Source: Lama guanicoe
Lineage: Eukaryota
Direction: 5' to 3'
Length of the DNA stretch: 52,637 nucleotides
NCBI GenBank assembly: GCA_013239625.1
Contig: MU054187.1
Span: 12,689,325 to 12,741,961, forward strand
Positions within the stretch are counted from its first letter, which is position 1. Every line of letters begins with the position of its first letter. The notes under the pieces are model-generated. The model searched no databases, was not told where the DNA came from, and was given only the letters and a program-made list of their open reading frames with translations. Below, piece after piece: positions 11,701-22,740 of this stretch. The position numbers and the translations under genes are program-made.

Positions 11701-12376
11701 CCTAAAGAGTTGTTGGGTTCAATGCTCTTTTTCGGGGGCTGAGCTGGGGCACCCCCTCAGCTTGAGGTTCCCACCCACATCCTCCGAGAGGAGGTCCCAG
11801 GGCAGAGAGCAAATCTAGCCTCTCCAGCTCTCCTTACATTGAGGGTCCTGGCTTCTGTGACTCTCTCAAAGTATCCAGCAAATAGTGCGACAGAATCAAA
11901 TTCCCCTTGCTCCATACACCAGCGACAGAGCCGTCAGCAGTGCAGGCACCCTCAGTTTCTGAAAATGCCTGGAGCGTGGCAGCTGCGCATTGCCGCCATT
12001 CTTCATTGTCTGGGTGGTTTCGTCCCTGCGCTGAGCGGCTGCTGCAGCGTTTGGAGGCCGGCGCTGAACTTCACACATCCCAAGAGAGGAAGGAAAGGAG
12101 GAACGAGAGAACGAATGTGGTCTGGGCATCTCCTCCGGGTCAGGTGTTGTCCTGGGAATGTCACTCCTATGCTCCTTCTTTTGGTCTTTCCTGTATCTTA
12201 TAAAGTAAATATTTTAATGCCAGTTTTGCAGATGTTGAATCCGAGGCATAGAGTTCATGTCATTAGCTCAAGGTTACATCCAGTAGCAGAAGTCTAGTTC
12301 TAAAAGCCTAGAGAGAGGGCTCCTTTCTAGAGGAAGAAGTAAGCCTGTGAGGATGGAGGCTTCCCAATGAAACCAG

Positions 12377-12426
12377 GTCAGGGCACAGGGTGTCAGGGCA
12401 CAGGGTGTCAGGGCACAGGGTGTCAG
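12377..12426. repeat. Perfect 15-bp tandem repeat (gtcagggcacagggt) x3.3
   Basis: Read directly from the sequence. Confidence 0.95.
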
Positions 12427-12572
12427 AACACATCTTCCTGGTAGTCCTGGTTAGTGTGAGGGAGAGGTTGAGAGGGTCCAAACATCTCAGCTCTTCTGCC
12501 GGAGAGGAGGTAGGCCTCCAGCCATGGGAAAGTAGCAGATAGACTAGAAGTCAGGCTGGCAGAGGCCCTTAC

Positions 12573-12752
12573 AGAGTGGCCACCAGACCATGGGTAGCCA
12601 CTGGCATCACCTGTGAGCTTGTCAGAAATGCAGTCTCAGGCCGCACTCTGACCTGTTGAACTGGGGACTGCTGAATCTGGGCATGGACATAGGAAACTGA
12701 CCAAGCTCTTCGGGTGATTTCTAAACACAATAAAGTGTGAGAACCTCTGCTG
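12573..12752. mobile_element. MER5A-like hAT-Charlie MITE
   Basis: 'ggcatcacctgtgagcttgtcagaaatgcagtctcaggcc ... caagctcttcgggtgatttctaaacacaataaagtgtgagaacctctgc'. Confidence 0.8.
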
Positions 12753-13464
12753 TAAGCAAGGAGTTTGGTGTGGGATTTGGAGGCAGGGTGAGGCAGCTGA
12801 GATGCTGGGGGAGAGGATGATGAGTGGATGAGGGCTCTGAGCTAGTCTACAATATGAGGTATGGGGCTTGATGGGAAGGATAAGAAAAAGTAGGCACCGA
12901 GATGATGGGGCCAGACGTGGCAGTGGGAAATGGCCTCCGTTTCAAACAGCTGAGTGTCGCCAGCAATCCCTTTCCTTTCCCTGAGCCTCACTTCTTTAGG
13001 ATCAGGTGATGGAGGGGCTGTTGTCACTTATCTCACGGGCTTGCTTTAAGGCTGCAAACAAATTAATATAAGTGTGTGTCCTTGACATATAGTCAGTGCT
13101 CAAGAAGTAGTGTTCGAGTTTGGATTTAAATGGGGAGCTGAGTGGGTGGGGTGGAAGAGTGACGGGGGAGAGCAGTGTCCTTTACCCTCTTGGTGACTTT
13201 GGCCCACTCAGGCAACTCCTGTGGTTGAAATGTTCCACTCCCATCTCCAGGCAGCCTGCAGTTACTTGGAAAAGTAAATCCTCAACTTGGACTTACTGAA
13301 ACAATGAAACAAATATTTTGCCTATCTTCTGTTAAGGCAAAAGCTGACTACATCCCATGAAAGATAAGAGGGATAGGTTTTTTCCAAGTTATAAATTTTG
13401 TGTTGTGTGGAGAGTGAAGAAAGAGGTTGATTCACGCCACCCGAGGCGTGGGGGAGCACGTGGC

Positions 13465-13680
13465 ATGAAAGAACATGTCATGTGCTCGGAGGGAAAAGAC
13501 CCGGATATGAATCGACCCTGGTCTGTGACTTCCTAGCTGGGTAACCTTAGCAAATTATTTAATCTTTCTGAATTGTAGGTTCTTCATTTCCAAAAGGACA
13601 ATATTGTGAGGAGTGGAGAACAATGAAGGTGGACGCACTCCTCAGGGTGCCGGGCCCATGACAACTGGTAGGAAATGTTC
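13465..13680 (+). mobile_element. MIR SINE
   Basis: 'tgacttcctagctgggtaaccttagcaaattatttaatctttctgaattgtaggttcttcatttccaaaagg'. Confidence 0.7.
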
Positions 13681-14199
13681 TCCGAATCTCAGTTCTGTCC
13701 CTGGCCTTTGCCCTGAGTGAAGCAGGGGAAGCTCTCCCACCGCTGCACCTGAGCGAGTCCTCCTCCGCAAGGTTTGTTAACGGCCCTTTGAAGACTCCGT
13801 GTCTTTAATGACCCCTTCTGTGTTTACCTGACACAGCTCTTTCCCCTGCGCATACTTCGCATTCCCCAGTCTTCACTGGGCTGGGGAGAATGTTTGGCAA
13901 GCCCAGCCTTCTCTAAGTAACAGAGGACGTTTTGGCCCTGTCTCTTCTTGTGTCTGCACTCCCGAGTCAGGGCAGCCCCTCCCCTTTCTGACTGTCTTGT
14001 GTTTGGAGTTGGGAGTGGGGTCTCTTTCTGGTCAAGGAGAATGAGACTAAGACAAGAAGCAGTGGGGAAACGGCATCATTTCATGACACTGATTTTATCA
14101 TAAGGCCAGGAGGACTGACGGGGGGAGGGGGAGCGTTTTCGTTTCTGTAATCGTCTCCTCCAGAGGGATAGCAGCAGCGAAAGAAAAATCAAACAGTCT

Positions 14200-14760
14200 G
14201 CTCCCTTGCCCTGGGCTCCATAATTTGCCTTTTACTTTCTGCATTTTCATATTTGAGTCTGCAAAACAGAGGACCCAAACAATCAGCAACAGATGGCCTT
14301 GTGCAATCTGCACGGGACATGAATTCAGTTAGCATGCAAATTGTCATCCTAGGGCGATTCCAGGGGACTGCTGAAAAGACAGCAGGCTTGCTTTGCAAAA
14401 TAGATAGCATGATTAAAATGTCTGGATCCAATCATATGTTTAATTACAATCCCTTTTTTATCTCAACGACAATGACTGGTAGCTATTATGACACAATATT
14501 GAAAATGTGTATGACGCATGGTGGCACTTGGAAGCTGATAGGTGGTCTGTGTTTGATCAAAATGATCAAAGCTCCTCGCCATGGAGGCCCCCTCTCCTTC
14601 TCTCCCGTCTGATCCACTTAGACGAGCAAAATATGATTTACAGGAGACAGTTTATGTGATTTTCATTCCCCAAGAACAGAGGCATAATTTTTACATCACC
14701 ATTTCCCCTAGAAACAATGGGAGCTTGACAATGCTCATCAACACACAGTAACCCACCCCG
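14200..14760. promoter_or_regulatory. Candidate conserved developmental enhancer
   Basis: Repeat-free block with E-box AACAGATGG (14288-14296), octamer ATGCAAAT (14334-14341) next to TGTCA, TCF/LEF ATCAAAG (14565-14571), Pbx-Hox TGATTTAC (14634-14641) and Sox AACAATGG (14713-14720); conservation not verifiable here. Confidence 0.45.
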
Positions 14761-15997
14761 CACTCCGTGGCTGTCTACAAGGCATCTCTCCTGCTTCAGC
14801 TCTAATTTACTCTCCTATGTTCAAACACTTTTGAATTTTTTTATTGGTATGATCAGAAAAAGACCAAAAAAAATTGAAAGTGCTGGGAAGAAACTCTATT
14901 ATTTCATTCTATTCATACAATCAGATTATATTTTGGGGACTTTAGAGAAAACTGAAAGTGAATTTCTCACAAGATGGTGTGTTGAGTGTGAATTCTAATG
15001 ACTTGGTTGAGGATAAAGATGGAATTTCACTAGGTAACTTGTGGAAGCACTGTCAGCTAAAATTGCTGTTGTGTCTGCTGCGAAAAAGAATTTATATTGG
15101 AATTTCTTTTCCTGCCCTTTAGCTGAAACTCTGGAAGGCAGAGAAATAAGGCACATCAGTAACTTGGTTGGCATGCCTCATTGTGGGGATTTTCCACATG
15201 TAACCAGCGTTATGGGAGAACTGTTTGCAACAACTTGATGAAAACATCCAGTATTAATTTGGATGACAATTTATCAGATGAAAGTCTTTTATGCATTTCA
15301 CAGTTATGTAGTAGTATATTTTTCACTTCTTGAAGGCTATTGGTTAGGTTCGTGTAAAACTTGGGTTGTGGTTTCACATATATTTGCTTCTCTGTTCTAG
15401 CGGTTTCCTGCCCTATCTTGCTCTCCTTTACATTGGTTACTGTTGTGTAAAGAAAACAAAAACATTCTTCACTAGCAATAAGAAATTGATTCAGGTATTT
15501 CTTGTGCTACTGCTCTGCACACAGTACTGTGCTGGGGGTTGCGAGGGGCTTCGGCTGACTTGTGCAGGCTTGAATTCTGCCCTCAAGGATTTACAGCCCA
15601 GTGTAAGTCCACAGTGAGTCAGATCTAAGAAAGAAGCAAAGATAAAGAGATGAATAGAAAGACAGATACGGAGAGATGCGGAGTTGGAGAGGGAGGGAGG
15701 AAGAGAGCTTGGGCAGGAGGGTGGGCAGTGGAAAAGAAATGGTTACAATTCTTTAATCCTATATCGATTGTGTCCAAGGAAGGGAGGAGGGAGCATTCCA
15801 GGGGAAAGCTCACTGTTTACTGCCATAAAGCTTTGGCTCCAAACTCTTTTGTTGGAATTCTAGCCACAATTGGCTGAGATGGATCCTGGGTGAATCATAA
15901 ACACTGTTTTTGCATCTGCAGCCTAAGGTTTATCCTAAAAATAGGCTGAATGACCTATTTAGCTTTTACCCTAGTTCAGCCCTTTAGATTATTTACC

Positions 15998-16115
15998 AGC
16001 AGCTAATATTTACTGAGCTATTATTATGTGCCAGGCATTGTACTAGGTGCTTAATAAATGTTTTCTCATCTAGTCCTCACCGAACTCCCCTTTGAGGTAA
16101 GGATCATTACTCTAT
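15998..16115 (-). mobile_element. MIR SINE 3' portion
   Basis: 'gctaatatttactgagctattattatgtgccaggcattgtactaggtgctt ... tctcatctagtcctcac ... tgaggtaagg'. Confidence 0.8.
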
Positions 16116-19100
16116 AGTAAAAGAGACATGTACTCTGTCAAAAAACATCGAACGGAAGCTGTTAGATAATGAAAAGACTGTTTCCTTTGCTGTACTTGGC
16201 ACATACTTTTGGCTTCAGAAACAGCTCTACTGTCTTGATTTGTTCATCTTTGCTGTACTTTCTGTCACCTGGCACTTACAGCTCTAGTAATTAAAGAGGA
16301 ATCAGCAGTTTATGAAAGCACAATAGACTTAGGGGAGGATGGTTTTGTTGAATCAACACAATTTAACTGCAAAATTATCACTGCAAAATCATACACCAGG
16401 GAAATTTTAATGCATAAAGATCATTTTTAAATTAAAGTGCTAAGACCAGAGTTTCAAAGACATTTGTTTTAATGGTGCACCATTAGCTGTGTAAAAAAAG
16501 ACCCCAAAACTTTTGAGTCACTATTTTATCTTACAAAAGTTAAATATTCTTTGTAGACAGGAACTCTCTGTTAAAGTAATATTTGACATCTCCTGAATCA
16601 AAAATACTTTACAATGAAAGGCTGACATCTGTTTACTATATAAAAAAGGCTGCTGTGTATTTTTACTAGCAGAATTTTCCTTTAATAAGGCAGCCAAAAG
16701 TCATCTACACACACCAAACCAATTTACAACCAAGACCTGTTGAATACCAACACAGCATCACATGTGCCTAGCAATCCATTTTTCCAGTATTACTCTGATT
16801 TGGTACTGAATTTGTATAGGAAATACGGTGGGGTTTTTTTTGCTTTTTTTTTGTTTTTTGTTTGTTTGTTGTTTTTTGGAAAGGATATAACAGTAATAAA
16901 AAGGCCTGGGTTAATTATTAATTTGGTGAGCTTTAATCTTTTCAGTGCTCTCAACTTTGATTTCATTATATTAGTAGTTAATCTTCCTTATTTAAGATCA
17001 AACTACAACTGAGCTCTTTTTATATTTTTCAATCAAGTAGTAGCAAAATCTGTATGTTTGGCCAATTCCACCTGAGATCATCTGTCTAGGTCACTGCAAT
17101 TAGGAAGAGACCAGACAGAAGGCAGTCAACTTGGTAAAGAGTTTAAATCTGTGTGTAATCTCACACAGGTGCTGCTTCCTGTGCTCTGGAAAATCCCTCA
17201 TCACTAAACAGGCCAACTGAGCCACACCTGGGCTTAAGCAGAACATCTGGACCTACTCTTTCCTACTCGCTCATGTTCTCCAAATCGTCCCTGAACACAT
17301 GGCGCTTTAGCGCAAGTCTGACACCAGAGATTTGTAAGCCCTACATGCACTGCCAAATCCAGTTTGATACAAAACACAGCTACCTTTTTTGAATCAAATA
17401 CATTACAGATATGATACTCCTGTCATATATTTCAATTAGTCAAGCCTCAGGTAATTATGGGGGTCATTTCTGCCACTAGTAATAAATTTCATAATGGCAT
17501 TAACAATTAAATGGGGAATTTTAAGGAAGGTTGAAGCCCAACATCTATTAAAGGCCCTAGCTAGCTTCAATGGCCGTGTGCTCTTTGTCTTCTAGTCATA
17601 TAGCCATTGGTTGGGAAAGTCCTGAAAATTAAATATGGGTTTAGTTATTATTGACGAGATGCTAGTTTTAGTGGGTCTCAGTTTCCTTAAGAAAAAACAC
17701 ATATCTGTTAAACTCTAAATATCTAATTTTTGCTTAATGGAGCTTACTTAATCCTTAGACTTACAGTTATGGGAGGCTTTGTAATTAATTAATAACTATG
17801 TATTGTTGGTATACTCTGGGCCTAGCATTATGCTGGAATAACTGAATTTAGAGTGATCAAGCAAGCTGTCAGTGTACTTTGTGTGGCTTTACAGGTGGCC
17901 TTCCAGTAAGCGCTTTCTGTGGAATTTTGGCATTTCAACTGAGGTACATGTCAGGGATGGGTAGGGTGAAGAATGAATGGTATGGAGTAGGTATGCCTTT
18001 TATGGCTCCCATAAATGATGCAGAAACAATGGGGATTGTGTGGAGGAGGTCCTTAATATATGTGTACACTTCAATAAACACATATGAATACTTCTTCAAG
18101 TGTTAACATTATGAACTGCTGATCAATTCATAACATTGAATTTATTACACTTGCAATGCTGTTATGTTTATTGCTTGAATTCCTTGGACTCAGTTGCTGT
18201 TAGTCAAATTGACTGTCTCCAAGAATGCTTGGAGGTAAAGAGGTAGGAGCGATTGGGGATTGAGGGCATCGTGGGATGGAGGACGTGATGGAGTAGGAGG
18301 GGCACAGAGAGCACCTGTCACTCATACTAATGGGTAGTAGTCTAGAAGGCAGGCCCTGAAATGCTCACGAGGCAGTTTCAACTCTGAGGGGGTATTGCTA
18401 GTTTAGCAGAAAGCTCTGAAGCACCAAATGATACCTTATATTCCTGAAGGATTGAGATCGAGAGAGAGGGACTCTACAGGGTACCTTTGGAATTCAAGGT
18501 AGCTTGAATCTGGTCCAGATGTTCCTGAGCAGAGCTAATGGGAGGGCTGCCTGGATGAACAGGTGTATATGCCTTGATCTGGTAGTGATGCAACTTGACA
18601 TTGAATCAGACTCAAGTGCCTGTTGGCACTGGAGCCTAGTCACTCAAATAATGGAAGTACTTAATTTTTTTTTCCAAAAGTTTCTCTGCAGTGTGGTTTG
18701 TTTTTGGTTGAGTGGCTGCATAGATATGATAGTGAATGTATAAAAGAAATAGGCTTTCAGGTTTAAGAATTTTTGTAAAATTTACTTTGCTTTCAAAATA
18801 ATCAAAATTGTCATAGGTTTTTTTCTCTGAACCTCCTATTTTGTGATGTGAATGGATAAATCACCCAGATCAAAGTTAAAGTTTTCTTGTATCAATTTCT
18901 TGTCTCTAGAATCAGCAGGGATAATTAGGAATTGAAAGAATTGCAGAGAGCCTGGGAAGTGGAGGAGAAGAGGAAAGGCTTTCATGAAGAGAAAAGTAGG
19001 CAAAGCATGAGCACCCAAAAGTGGAAGCTGATGTATTCTAGAACATATGCATAAAGTTGGCCTTTATAAGATTATCAAGAAATGTAAAGGATTGGGAAAA

Positions 19101-19667
19101 GCAGCTAATGTTCAAAGCTAACAGTTTGGAGAGAAATGGCTCCTACAAGGGGAAGATGTGATATAATACAGACATAGGATACCTGCCCTAAAATTGTGTG
19201 AAGGTCAAAGAATTTTTGGCAGGGAGAAATAAGTTCTGAAATAGATACCTAATGGAGAGGTGATGGGAGCTTCCAAAGACGTAAAGTGGAGTAACCCAGG
19301 TTGTAAATAATGGGGGTAACACATTGACCGAGGAGTAGGAAATGAGTTTTGTGAAGGCAGGGGTCATGGAAGGAAATATTTGATTTCCCAACTCTGGCCC
19401 AAAGCTTGGCACACAGTGGGTAATTGGTGCTTGAAGAGTGAGCAGAGCGGTAAAGATGTAAAAATCAGGCAAAATTAGCAAGGATGGGAGAGCGTTTGTT
19501 AGGCAGTAGGATAAAAACAAAGACAAAGAAGATGATTTTCTGAATAAAAGAAACTGTAAGAGTGAACACAAATTTGCCTTTTTATGAATGAAATTTAGGT
19601 TGGAATAGCTAATCCTGAAACTTTCTTGGGAAATATCTTTCTAAGTTTCAGATTGTGTTTTCCAATT

Positions 19668-19699
19668 GTCACCTGAGAATATAGTCACCTGAGAATATA
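19668..19699. repeat. Perfect 16-bp tandem duplication (gtcacctgagaatata) x2
   Basis: Read directly from the sequence. Confidence 0.95.
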
Positions 19700-21082
19700 A
19701 ACACAAGATAAAATTAAATGGCCCTATCAAGTAGTTTAGCTGAATATCATTCAAATCTGTGATTGACAGCTATATCCCACATGTTTCTACAGCCATAGAG
19801 GAAGGAGCTGATCATACTTGCCATCTCACTGCCCAGTAGTACCTCATTGATTTCAAGTTTGTTGAACACCTAAATTATTTTGATGAGACTACAGAATGCT
19901 TTTCTTTTGCACTCACTTTCTAAAAATGAGAGTATATATAAATTTTTTCTATATAGGATCCAAGTGAGAGATACCTTCTTTTTCTTTTTTTATTTTGCTA
20001 TCATCTACTCTTCCTGGTGCTGTAAATAAGATATTTTATGGATGGGGACAAATAAGGAAGGATTTGGTGAGTTAAGGGACCTGAGTCTAGAATTTTAATG
20101 AAACTGTTGGAAATGATTCACCATCATCCTTATTCAGGAGACAAAGCAGGACAAAGAGCCTAAAGTGAAACAGTAAGGAACCTAGCTCTTAATTTTGGTG
20201 TTTACTGCAAGGATTGATCTAGAGGTATTATGAAGAGCAAAATGTTCTGGGTCTTTATTCTTTCATAAGCCATGCGGGAGGCTGCCTGGGAAACTTTTCC
20301 TCCCTGATGTGGCTGGTGGAGGTTCACGCCAGCAGCTCGGTTGAATAGCTGCCTCCCCGTGCTGGATCCAATAAAGAGATCAAGCTCTTCACTTTCTCTT
20401 AGGGTTTTTAGTGGAACACAGGTTGGTCTCAGAGCTATTATTTTATGTTTTTGTTAAATCTCTGAGGTTGAGGTTGATTAACTTTTAGATTAAGCTACAC
20501 TCTGAAATGAAGTTTAAAATGTCTTAACCTTCGAATAGGGATGGAATTCTCACCAGTCATTATTAGAATTCACTGATGTTACAAATTTGTAGACGGATGT
20601 TATCCATTAAGGTGAAAGCAGAAAGAGGCTATAAAGTTGACTCAGAAGGCTAAGTACTTTACCTTCAGGGAAGCACATATAAAAATCTGTTCTGAACTAT
20701 ATATATAGTAATAGTTAAAGCTCTGAACACCTGGTTCTTAACTGGCCAGGCAGAGTCATATAAAATACTGACATACCTTCTACTTACTGTTATTTTGATC
20801 TTTAGGCAGGTTACTGTTTTTATTATGCATGCTTAGGAATTTAGTCTCAGTGATCAGCCAACCCAGAGGGCATTTAGTGAATGCCAACCTTGTGCTAGCA
20901 CAAACCTAGGATGAAGTCTGGTCCTAGGTCAGGACTAGATTTCTCAGTACCTGCCTTGGTCTAGGTCTTGGACTAATGGCAATAATGGTTAAGTTCAGTA
21001 GTTCTTAACACCTTTTCTCAGCGATTTGACAAGTTGACATTTTTCAGACAATTCAAAATCTGCAAAGCGCTCCATGCCTGGC

Positions 21083-21280
21083 TCAGTTAGCTGTGCTGGT
21101 TGGCAACATGGCACTAATGAGGCCAAGTTTCAATTCCCTGGTTGTTTTGAAGGTGAAAAACTGTCCCATAACCCCGGGCTGTATCTCTAACAATGCGTAG
21201 TTTCTTGATTTGCCAACAATCATCATGTTTCAGTAGGAGGACCCCTCTGGAGAGAATGGAGCTCAGGGAAGAATAAAGTT
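21083..21280 (+). mobile_element. Probable MamSINE1 (ancient SINE with tRNA-Ile-like head)
   Basis: 'agttagctgtgctggttggcaacatggcactaatgaggccaagtttcaattccctg' resembles a tRNA-Ile/MamSINE1 head; 'actgtcccataaccccgggctgtatctctaacaatgcg' resembles the body; from recalled consensus. Confidence 0.55.
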
Positions 21281-21434
21281 CATGCCCTGTGATGATAATT
21301 CAGTAGTAACACCTCTGTCAATAAGCATCATCCTAGTTAGGGTGACCATAGATGGGACAGAGTGGAACCCAAGATGATCATCATAAAAACCCAGTTTCCA
21401 TCTGTGTAATGGAATGTATGGAACACAGTAACTG

Positions 21435-21645
21435 ATTTTCATTGAGCACTTTCTGTCTATCTGCTTTTGCTCTAAGCTTTTAAAATATGCATCAACTTAT
21501 TTAATCTTCATAGCAATCCTATGAAGCAGGTGCTTTCGATAGCCCTATTTTATTTATAAGGAAATTGAGGGATACAGACCTTCATCAGGTTGCTCCAAGT
21601 GCATACAGGCAGGCTGATCCCAGAGCTCTTGTATTCACCTCTGCA
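21435..21645 (-). mobile_element. MIR SINE
   Basis: 'cattgagcactttctg ... cttatttaatcttcatagcaatcctatgaagcaggt ... ctattttatttataaggaaattgagggatacaga'. Confidence 0.8.
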
Positions 21646-22199
21646 CCCAACACAGGCACTGCTTAGAGAGGAAATGTATTAGCCTGCCAGTTAGCTTTCA
21701 AACAGATGAGAGCTACTGAAGGACAAACTCCCAGCTCACTGGTCAATGGTAGCTACATAATGTTTTTGACTGTTGCTGGTCCACTAAATTCACCCATTAG
21801 CTAAAATTAATTTATGAAATTTTCATCCTTTCAACACTTATGACACCTTAAACTAAGAAAACGTGGTCTTGAATGTTACTTTGCAAATGTTCTTGGGTGT
21901 TTTTGAAAAAGCCTTCTAAATTATCCGTCCAACAAAGCATCGTGTAAGTTATCGTGAAAAATTGAACTAGACATTTGAAAATCAAAGTAAAAGACATGGT
22001 CTCCCATTGACCCCAACTTTCCAACAGTCTGTTCTTATCCAAATGTCCTTGCTTTTATGCTTGGAATGACAATCACTCTTATTCTTTAATCTGCTGCAGT
22101 GTGCTTTTCTATCCTACTGAAATAAATCCCCTGCAGAGCATCATTCCTCTCCTGTAAGGTAACTCTGCCTTCTCTGGGTCCTTGTGGTTTTGCTTGCCC

Positions 22200-22740
22200 T
22201 CTCCCTAGTATTTGCTCTTTCTCCTTAATCCAGCTCATGTATTCATGATGCTATGCCATGCCATACCATCTAAGTTTCTATGACCTCTCCTGTCTGTTTC
22301 TCTCACTCAGCCTGGCCCTGACATAGGTATTGCCTTCACTTCTTGTCCTTAGCGCTCTCTTCTCCTCATACTGTGCTCTCACCCTGCGTGATCTTATTTT
22401 CATTTGTGTATCTGACAGGGACTTGTAGATGGGAGATGCCAAAATCGAATCTGTGCAGCATTGAATTCTCTTCTAAGGTATTTGCCCATCTCCTTGCTAT
22501 TCCTTTTCCTTCTGGTTGGCCTACGAACATTTCAGATTCAATTTGTCCAAACTGTGCGCCTGTCTCCAGACTGTTCTTGAATTTATGCCTTTCCAAGCTG
22601 GAAATCTGACTTATCCGTGGCTGTTATCTTTATTCTCTACTTCCAAGGGTTTGCCAAGTCCTGTTGATTCTATTTCTAAAAGCCTTTTGGAATCAGTCTG
22701 TTTTCCAATTCTATTTGTAAGGTCATAGTTGAGACTTCTC
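22200..22740 (+). mobile_element. L2 LINE fragment
   Basis: Pyrimidine-rich, with L2-like 'acatttcagattcaatttgtccaaactg' and 'caagtcctgttgattctatttctaaaagcc'. Confidence 0.6.

Noticed and set aside
12377..12426. CRISPR-like or other prokaryotic repeat array
   Set aside because: Head-to-tail repeats without spacers in clearly mammalian DNA; no prokaryotic systems seen anywhere in the window.
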